NCBI GenBank assembly: GCA_002245135.1
Contig: NGBS01001161.1
Span: 1-64,000 of the forward strand
Source of the DNA: Proteromonas lacertae
Taxonomy: Eukaryota
DNA length: 64,000 bases
Direction: 5' to 3'
Below the pieces are notes generated by a model that was not told where the DNA came from, did not search any database, and worked only from the letters and a program-made list of their open reading frames with translations. This document shows positions 11,532 through 20,520 of this stretch, in pieces. The translations under genes and the position numbers were made by a program. Positions within the stretch are counted from its first letter, which is position 1, and every line of letters begins with the position of its first letter.

Positions 11532-12159
11532 TTAGAATATATAGGTTTCGACCCATATAAACAACTATTTTAGGCAACGAAAAAATGTCTTAATATGACA
11601 TGAAACCTATCTAGATAGACTACAAAATTCATGTAGATTATGAATATAATATTATTTTATATATATACACTCAAAATGAAAATTATCAGTTATTCAGGAT
11701 TTAAGAATTTGACCCCTTCTGACGTCATTTCTGTCTCGAGTTTTCTATCAAACTTTTGAAATGTTTTTCTTGATTTTTCTTATTATATAGTGTTTTTTAA
11801 ATTACTTTACTATAAATATTAGAATTAATAATGAACAATTTACCATTTGATATACATAGAAACTAAAATACAATTAAATCTACCTAAATAGCTAATGTTC
11901 ATATATTTTATAATTTATAAATGAAATGTTTATTAAACAATTTATAATTATTTATTTTATATAGCTTATTTTAGTTAACTGCTTCTATTTACTAATTACT
12001 TAAATATGAGACTACTACATATTTCATTTACTCATATTGGATAAGAACCATTATTAGTTGATTATAAATTTTAGTTAATTCTATTCTAAAGTCATCCTAT
12101 ACAGTCATTTAAAAATATATCCGTTTCCTTTGATATTTGAATTTAATTTTGAAAATGTA

Positions 12160-13375
12160 AGTGCTATATATATTATTTATATATTATTCTTATATATTAT
12201 TATTATATTATAAATTATATACTCATGTAATCATATTAATATATTTATTACCTGATTTTAGATTTAATATAACAATCATCCTTACAGTACTTGTTTATCA
12301 AATGTTGTATATGGTTTTTATACTTATTACACTTGATTTTTTGTGATGAGTCATTTTAAACATCGTTATAAGCAGAATATAATTCTAGGTTACAATAATG
12401 AGTTTGATAAATAGTGCATACACTAGTTATATGATTTTTTAAAGTATTATGGAAATGATATGTCTTACTAGTTTATAAAAGAAGATCCACAAGATTATGA
12501 AATTGCTGGTTTGTTCGTTAAATTAAGAAACATAAAAGAAAAAGCAATAATCTATTACAGTGTGAAAGATGAAAAAGTCATAAAAAGATTTGATTATCTT
12601 CATACAATTAATTCAAATGATATGTTTCAAGAAGTGGAGAGAGTAATATGATCTAATATGCTGTTTGTTAAATTAGATGAGATAATAGCTGATTTTGATA
12701 GTCCTTCAACAGGAATAGTAGATCCATCAGTTCCAACCACTACAGCTACAGCAGCACCCCAACAGAAGCTGCTCCAGGAGCAATAACATATTCGATTTAT
12801 TAGTAATTTCTCAATGTCTTTATTATCAAATCATCGAATAATAGAGAATATAAAACTTGCTTATATAGATGGAAGTAGTGAGATGGTAGTAAAAGAAATA
12901 ATTGAAGTTTCATTTCTTCATTTGGGAAGTGTAAATGGTGATAATTGTAATGGTAATATATTATACAGTAATGCGATGACATACAGTTTACTTAGTCGAA
13001 GTTATCAAAACTTAATGAAAAGTTATGAGATAATCACTTCCTTTATAACAAATGAAAGAAATTTAGTATATAAAGGAAGTTATGAAATGAAAGATATAAG
13101 CTGCACAGCTGCTTACGATGTAGTATCTCAAATCAATACAAATTGTCAAGGAAGTTGTTTAATAATTAGTGTAATAACAATGAATAGTGTGGATTATCCA
13201 GTATTGAGTTTCAGTTTAGATGAGATAATAATCAATAGTTATTTGAACAGTTATGAAAGTGAAAGTAGTAAATCGTTAAAAGAATCGTTGAAGTTATATA
13301 TTGATTAACTAATTTTAACATCTACAATGTCAATTGGTTATTCAATAATCAAAATATATGTCGATTCAATCAATC
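12160..13375 (+). pseudogene. Captured, decayed fragment of a host multi-PBP receptor paralog
   Basis: Colinear matches to the protein at 23477: STCLSNVVYGF vs TTCLTHVAYGF; NGDNCNGNIL vs GGEFCNKYIM; GSYEM..NCQGSCLII vs GSYQM..NCESELCLII; YPVLSFSLDE vs YPVLVFNLDE; MSIGYSII vs MAVAYSQI. Several stops and deletions. Confidence 0.75.
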
Positions 13376-13513
13376 CGATAGGTAAAGATGAAACTGAATA
13401 TAAAAACGATTATACAATAAGTGATGAGTTAATAAAAAGTTCAAACAAACGAATAGGTATTTGGCTAAATGAAGAAGATAATGATGTTCGAATTTATTAT
13501 ATTATGAAGCAAT

Positions 13514-15043
13514 ATGAGATTACATTTGGAGTTTGCTCATCTTAAATCTGATCCTCTCTTTGATAAGATTCAAGAAATGAATTTATATGGAATAACAAGA
13601 GAAGTTGTAGAAATATATGTTAAATTATGCAATGGATGCAAAGAAACAAAGAAAATAACATTACAGAAACCAGTAAAGCCGATTATATCTCATTATCCTA
13701 TAGATCGTGTGGTAATTGATTTAATTGAAATGACAGCATTTAATCCACATAAAAAAAGAGGTAAATACAATTATATATTGACAATGATAGATCATTATTC
13801 AAATTTTACAATGCTTTACCCACAAAAGACGAAAACAGATAGAGAAACAGTGAAGAATGTCCAGTCCTATATTAGAATCTTCGGTCCTCCAAGAATAATT
13901 CAATCTGATAATGGTGCAGAGTTTAAGAACAAAATGATGAAGGATTTATTAGAAAAGTACAATATTAAAGAAGTCCACAGCTCTCCAAGACATCCGCAAT
14001 GCAATGGTAAAGTTGAAAGAATGAATAGATTAGTCAAAGAAACAATTACAAGTTATCACAATATTGAACCAAAAGTTTATTGGATAAATTTTATAGAAAG
14101 AACAATTGAAAGAATAAACTCATCAAAATGTAGAAGAACAAGATGTAAAGCTAGATCATTATTTTTTATGAGTGTTAATGAGATAATGAAACAGAATCCA
14201 AAGTTTAAACTTGAAGGAATAGTAGAAGAAGATTATGATGATGATAATAATGATGATGATGTTTGTGATTATATTGATGATACTGATAATGAACTTGATG
14301 AATTATACTTCGATTATGAAGATAAAGATGATATAGATAACAATGAAATGAAGAAAAAGAAAAGAGAAGATGATAATTACAAAAAGAACGAGAAAAAGTT
14401 TAAAAAAGAAAATAGCAGGAAGAAAGATAAAGATGATAATTTAGATGATAATTTAGATAATAATAGTTTAGAAGAAGACATAGTTGAGAATATAAATGAT
14501 GATAAAAGTATAGATGAAACACTTTTAGATATTGAGAAGAATGAGAAAGAGACAATAGCGAAGAATGAAAAGATAAATAACCATGAAATTAAAGAGTTGA
14601 AATCAGTAAAAGATAAGAAGTTTACAAAAAATAAAAAGGTCTATGAAGATGAAATAGTAGATATTATTAATGAAACTAATGAAGATAATGATGAAGAAGA
14701 ATCGACAGAAGAGGAAACTGAAAGTAATGAGTTTATTGCTAATGTAACAAAGCACTTCAAAGCAGCAAATCAAATATATGATGAAATGAAAACTAGACAA
14801 TATAAATATAATAATAATATGGTAAATGTTTCCAAAAAGAAATTAAAAGGAAAAGAAATAGCTCTTAAAGAGGGAGATGTTGTTGTATATTCTGAAAATA
14901 GAAAGAATTATCAAGATAGAAACAAGTTTGCAATAGTTAAACAGGATAAGAAGGCGAAGAAAGAAAAGTTATATATAATGTATATTATTATTATATATAT
15001 ATATGTATATATAGAACTGATGATTATAAAACTATTAGAATAA
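13514..15043 (+). CDS. Gypsy-like DDE integrase/transposase
   Basis: HHCC finger (HLEFAH..CNGC), VIDLIEM (D), IQSDNGAEF (D), PQCNGKVERMN (E), then a long acidic linker. Probable introns at ~14980-15015 and ~15112-15155 link it to downstream exons. Confidence 0.92.
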   Translation: MRLHLEFAHLKSDPLFDKIQEMNLYGITREVVEIYVKLCNGCKETKKITLQKPVKPIISHYPIDRVVIDLIEMTAFNPHKKRGKYNYILTMIDHYSNFTMLYPQKTKTDRETVKNVQSYIRIFGPPRIIQSDNGAEFKNKMMKDLLEKYNIKEVHSSPRHPQCNGKVERMNRLVKETITSYHNIEPKVYWINFIERTIERINSSKCRRTRCKARSLFFMSVNEIMKQNPKFKLEGIVEEDYDDDNNDDDVCDYIDDTDNELDELYFDYEDKDDIDNNEMKKKKREDDNYKKNEKKFKKENSRKKDKDDNLDDNLDNNSLEEDIVENINDDKSIDETLLDIEKNEKETIAKNEKINNHEIKELKSVKDKKFTKNKKVYEDEIVDIINETNEDNDEEESTEEETESNEFIANVTKHFKAANQIYDEMKTRQYKYNNNMVNVSKKKLKGKEIALKEGDVVVYSENRKNYQDRNKFAIVKQDKKAKKEKLYIMYIIIIYIYVYIELMIIKLLE

Positions 15044-15155
15044 GACCATCAACGCCTGTACATAAAATACAACTCACAGAGGAAGTAAATGCTGTTACTA
15101 AAAGAAAAGCCAGTAAAATATATGTACATATAAATATATATACAATATAATATAG

Positions 15156-16559
15156 ATCGATCATACTCCACAAAAGAAGAATAAATATTGTTCAGAATCT
15201 GATATTGAAAGAATACACGACATTGTAAGAAATCCTAAGCTTAATGCTGTTTATGAAACAATAGCTATTCCTTGCAATGATAATATTGAACAAAATCAAG
15301 TTGATGAAAGAAAATTAAAATATGTAATAGAATTGATGAATAGAATAGGTAAAGAACAATTGGATCTTGAAGATTTACAATATTTATTAAAATTATATTA
15401 TTATAATAATATTTATAAAGATTATGATAATAATTATTTACATGATGGAAAGTTTGAAAAGTTTTTAATCAAATCCAATGGCATTTATTACACTATGGTT
15501 GTTAACAATAAAAAACAAACAGTTAATATCATAGATCCATCAGGCGAAGGTAACTATGATGAAGATTTAAAGAAATTATCTACTCATGTTACAAGTACAG
15601 ATGGAAATGGTTATAAAGTAATGTATGATGTCATCGAAGTAACCCATCCACAAGCAACAGAAATAATAGCATTAATTACTTTCATGGCAAGTATTAAAAA
15701 AACTCAATTTGGATTTATAGACAACGCATTAATGGAAATACTTTTCAAAGATTATTAAAAAACCTTGGTTAACAATCATTCCAGAATTATAGAGTTAGCA
15801 TATATAGAAGTTATGCCGATTAAAGAAGATAATGCCAATGATCAAAACATCTTGTACGATGAAGTTCAATACAATTCATTAAATTTTTTGGATAAAGTTA
15901 GACTCAACTATCAATATAACGATGAAGGAGTAAGATATTATGGAACAGAAAAGGATTATTTTATTAGAAAAGTAAATGATATAAAGGATGTTTTAGACAA
16001 AGATACAATGTTGGATGATGACCAATTCAAAATTCTCCTACATTTTATGAATAGTAATAATGATCATGTTGTAGATCCATTACTATTTTATTATCAAGAC
16101 AGAGCCAAAATCAAAATCAACATAAATGGAATATATTTTTTTCCAGTTGTTAAAGATTTACATTGGACGTTGTTTGAAGCAGATTATATAATAAACAGAT
16201 ACATCAAAATTACAGTTTATGATTCAATGGGTTATTTTAGAAATAATAATAAAGAAAGAAGTGAAATAGTTAATACAATCTCATCAATATTTGTAATGAA
16301 CAGTGAAGATTATGAACTTAAAGTGAAGTATCATGAATCCAAGTTGATGCAAGGTAAGGACAACAGTTGTGGTTATTATGTGTTATTTTTCTTAGCTGCG
16401 AGAATCAACTTGGATATTGAAAAGATCCCAAACATTGAATCATTTAATATTGACTATTTTATCAAAGATATTAAGAAAGGATTACAGAATTTAGATGATA
16501 ATGAAAAGGCAAAGATGTATTTCTATGCAAGTAAAAGACCAACTTATTACAAGAATTAA
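15156..16559 (+). CDS. Ulp1/C48 (SUMO-protease-like) region of the transposon; in-frame TAA at 15756
   Basis: LHWTLFEAD, VYDSMG, MQGKDNSCGYYVL in 15765..16559. Same-frame ORF 15333..15758 looks like a degenerate first copy (YYTMVVNNKKQTVNIIDPSG). Confidence 0.75.
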
Positions 16560-17363
16560 TGCACTCATTATTACTTCTATCACTATTATAAACTCTTTAT
16601 TTCTTACATTCTATTAATTATTTTTAATTTTTGGGTATAAAATAAAAAGCAACTGAATAATTTAAAACTATGTATAATTTGAATTACAATATTGTTCAGC
16701 TTTATAAATATATAATAAAATATGAAATTATGTAATTTTGACTTAATCGATTAAGAAAATTTTTGAAATTTTGATATTCATTACATGTGATTATATATAA
16801 ATGTAAATCACTTAATAAGCATTTGAATTATAATAATTTTGTTTCATTTCAATATAGATAATGTAGTTAAAAATCGATTCCGCCATATGGGGACTCCAAT
16901 TTCATTCATCTCCCATATGGCTTTTAGAAGACTTACATTCATTTCATTTATATGAATGAATTACAATATTGTTCAGCTTTATAAATATATTATAAAATTA
17001 TATTAAAGTTAAAATTATAGAAATTCGATATTTAATGTATCTCATTTTTATAAAATCTTAAAGTATCAGTCTATAATATTGCAGAATATATTATTAAATA
17101 ATTTTATGACTACTTTAGCATAAAAGAATTAGTAAATGTTTTAAAAATAGAAAAATTGCACAATTAAGGGGGTGAAAAAATTAAGGAATTTCATTATATT
17201 TTTTCGATTATCATAATAACCAGATGGAATTTTTTTATAATATTTTATAATATTCTTAGTTAGAATATGTACTAATAGAATATTAAATAATATTAAATAT
17301 ATTGGTGAATTGAGTGATATCGTCTCATGTCTTACATATGATAAAGTTTATTATATATTTGTT

Positions 17364-17467
17364 AATAACTAACTCCGATCATCATGAATATCATATTAGT
17401 TTTGATTGAATCACTCTGCAATATAGATTTCCGCCATACGGGGATTTCCGCCATACGGGGAACAACA
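17364..17467 (-). repeat. Right terminal inverted repeat with tandem 17-bp duplication
   Basis: ATTTCCGCCATACGGGG x2 followed by AACAACA. Confidence 0.92.
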
Positions 17468-17473
17468 GATGAT

Positions 17474-17506
17474 TATGAAACAGTTCCTTATGGATACAAT
17501 AATTAG
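17474..17506 (+). pseudogene. pPolB C-terminal stub, part 2
   Basis: Continues the 11300-11444 frame as YETVPYGYNN*, giving DDKRYFEDDYETVPYGY. Confidence 0.8.
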
Positions 17507-17781
17507 ATTTCCTCTAATATTATATACTGATTCTATATTCTTATTTTTGTTTTAATCTATTCTAGTCTATACTATAGTCTAGTCCTCCACCCCGCCGGCA
17601 TCCCCCCATCGGCCCCCCACAGGGGGGCTGGTCAGATAGACACATAATATATTATAATCCTCTAGTATGATGGTATCATATTGGAGGAAGAATTTTTAAT
17701 AATTGATCAGTAGAGGTTTCAAATTTTTTCAATAATATTATGTTTAGCAGGGAGGATTTTTCATTTGTCATCTTTTTCAAT

Positions 17782-17901
17782 AAGAGGATTTTATAAAATT
17801 TATATTTCCTCTTTCAAAGAGGATCTAAAAATCCTCTTTCCTCTTTCAGAGAGGATATAAAAATCCTCTTTTAGAAGAGGATCCTCTATAAAAGAGGATT
17901 T
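17782..17901. repeat. Array of alternating AGAGGAT / (A)TCCTCT inverted motifs
   Basis: About ten copies in 120 bp, including the palindrome AGAGGATCCTCT at 17876-17887. Confidence 0.8.
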
Positions 17902-18124
17902 CATGCATTTATATTATATTTAAAATAATGTATTTTTAATTCTAGTAGTGATTGAAGAAAAAAAATAAAAAATTAAATTATAATTGTTTTCAATATGTTG
18001 GGATATAATTCAAAGAAATATATATCGCAGATGTAGCTTATATGACAAAGTAAGATTATATTTGCATATAACTCGCCATCAAACCACACACTATCATTTA
18101 CGAATTGAAAAAAGTCTTCTTAAC

Positions 18125-18162
18125 GCTCAACGGCGCATTTAGCTCAACGGCGCACAACAACA
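18125..18162 (-). mobile_element. Orphan Ginger-like terminus
   Basis: GCTCAACGGCGCA x2 at 17-bp period, then CAACAACA; same layout as the end at 17467. Confidence 0.5.
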
Positions 18163-18762
18163 CTTACTTTTTTGATTTGAATTTTGTATTTTTTGATATT
18201 ATGCTTGAAGTTTATGGTATTTTCTTTGATTTTCAATAGTTTTTTCAGCAGTAAAATGCATAAAAAGTGTGTCTAATAAATATTTATGATGAATATGTAG
18301 TATAGAAGATTGATATGTAAAGAATTGCTACATTGTATAGTTTATCAAATTCTTTACTATAGATTTTGTACTTTATAAAGATATGTATATTTTCAATACC
18401 TAACTGTTTAGCATAATCTTCACCATCTGTATATTATAATGTTCCAAATTTATCACTATATTAATATAAATCTAATTAGGGACTATTTAAATTATTAAAA
18501 TTACAATTGAAATAAGTGAAACGGTAAAATGAATTGAATAAAGATTATTTCATTTAGGAGGTGTTTGTTGTTGTTAATAAGAAGATAATATGATTATATT
18601 ATGCGTTTTAATCTTATTCTAGTAATTAGTTTCTCTATATGTCCCTTAATTAACACTTTTCTTTATTTGTATGTATATGTGGTTTTAAAACCAACAAATC
18701 CACAGATTAAAGTTTATCCAAAACAGAAAAACAATATAATAATAAATAAGCAAATCAATTTA

Positions 18763-20102
18763 TTAAAAATGTTCAAAAAAGTGAGAACTATTATTATTAC
18801 ACAACGAATTGATATTTTCTGGCGATAAAACAATCCCACAATTGGTGCATCTCATTTTATACTTTTCTAATTGAGTATTTAATCTATCACTAATATCACA
18901 CCATTCTTTTATCTCTTTTTCACTCTTTTCAGCTAATGCTTTTAATTCATCACTTACAAACATTTTTGAATATTCTTTTCTTTCATTCATTAATTTATAA
19001 ATCATTTGATCTTTTATTAATATTTCATTTTCTAATTCATTAGTCTTTAATAATTTCATTTTTCTAGTTTCTACTTCTCTATCGAATGTAGCTGTTATGT
19101 TTATGGTAGTATTAAATGGTCTTTTCACAATTTGATCTGCTGTTTGATTCAATCTAGCATAATTATTAAGAAAACTCAGCATTTGATATGGAGATTCACT
19201 ATTATAAATGTTCATATTGTTATTAGTGAATAAATTAGAAGATAAATGTGAGGATTGCATAAATTGATCAATTTCATCAATTTGCTTCTGTAATTCACTT
19301 ATACTAGTCTGTAGACATGATAATTTCAGATTCTCTTCATAATTCAACCTTCCTATTATTCCATCATATTCAGCTTGAGTTTCAGCTTGAATTGATTCTT
19401 TCATTCCTTTCACTTCTTTGCATCTTTGTTGTATATTTCCAATTTGTTGTCTAAGTAATTGCTGCTTTTGTGCCAAACTTGGAGCACATGTATTGTGAAG
19501 TAAAGTTACACTACTTCTATATGCATCTATGATTTTTAAGGCTTCATGACCTGGCAGTGTATGAGTTAATGTACATTCATTACAAAGTGGTTGCCAACAT
19601 GCTCTGCAATAGTAGTTTACATATTGAAAGGGATGTCTATGAATGATTTAAATAAGAAAAAATATATATACTTTTGACATCTTATTCTATAGTTTGAGAA
19701 ATCTGCTTCACTTATTAGTTTTTCACGATGATGCATTGAATCTGTAGTGTTTCTATGTCGATTTGAATCACAAGATGAACATAGTATTTGATTACACTCT
19801 GAACAACTATATAATGGACGAGTAGTGGTTGAATGACAACCATCACAAAAGAACATAGGATTTGGTGACTCTATTTTCATATCTACCTCATCTTTTACCT
19901 CTTCTTTCATCGATGATTTTGGTGAGCTCTTCTTATCTTTTTTGACTTTGGGACTCTTTTCTTTTTTGCTCTTTTTAGCTGATGTTTTGGGACTTTTGCT
20001 AGACTCTCTTGATTTAGATCCACTTGAACTCATTGAAGGAGATGGACTTCTAGACTTCGATTTCTTTTTGTGTTCTTTACCTTCTTTCTTCTCTTTTCCC
20101 AT
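18763..20102 (-). CDS. Double B-box zinc finger / coiled-coil protein
   Basis: CDGC..CSEC..C..CD..H..H, then after an intron (~19637-19671) C..H..YYCRAC..LCNEC..H..H; long coiled coil; C-terminal C/H cluster. Confidence 0.8.
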
Positions 20103-20520
20103 TTCAAAATTTAAATTCAAAAATAATCTCAAGCTCTTTCTATCAAGCCAACTGTTACATAATGGCTTTGACAAAAGTGAGAACATATTGGACTACTCAG
20201 TATAATACAGAATGATTTATATTGTAGATTGGTTGATGAAAAGAAACAGAAAAGTCCATCAAAAGAATCAGAGAGAATGATTAACGCAGCTCGATCTATT
20301 TTAGATATTGATATATATGCATCACAAGTATATAAAAATAAATAATCATAAAATAGGGTATTAGAAAGTATTTTAATGTAACAACGATTGAAGGACTGTA
20401 TAAGGAATTTAAACAAAACCATCATGACAAATCTTTTGACCACAAATTATCAACTGCACTATATTCTCAATCTAAAGCTGAAAGAGTAGTTAATTTGTTC
20501 ACAAATCTTTATAGAAGAGA

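Larger units (their letters stand above)
11445..17467 (+). mobile_element. Ginger-type DDE (retroviral-integrase-like) DNA transposon, 6023 bp, both ends present
   Basis: TIRs starting TGTTGTTCCCCGTATGGCGGAAAT; GATGAT on both flanks (11439-11444, 17468-17473); integrase and Ulp1-like ORFs inside. Confidence 0.9.
1..17943. mobile_element. Endogenous Polinton/Maverick-like virus, right portion (left end outside window; right boundary approximate)
   Basis: Compact gene array with a penton-like gene, adenain-type protease, Arg-rich core-like protein and pPolB C-terminal stub, followed by a terminal-type repeat region. Major capsid, packaging ATPase and integrase not seen in the window. Confidence 0.8.

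Noticed and set aside
13514..15043. Integrase as the Polinton's own or as part of an LTR retrotransposon
   Set aside because: It lies within its own TIRs and target duplication; no RT, gag or LTRs seen.
12400..15760. Stop-codon reassignment suggested by in-frame TAG/TAA
   Set aside because: Conserved host genes (RPS2, PP2C, the 2312-aa ORF) read without internal stops and end in TAA; internal stops are confined to mobile DNA.
17782..17901. CRISPR-like appearance of short repeats
   Set aside because: Repeats alternate in orientation, lack unique spacers, no cas genes, eukaryotic context.
17941..17950. AGTAGT as a Polinton terminus
   Set aside because: Wrong orientation for a right end, and no left end available to compare.
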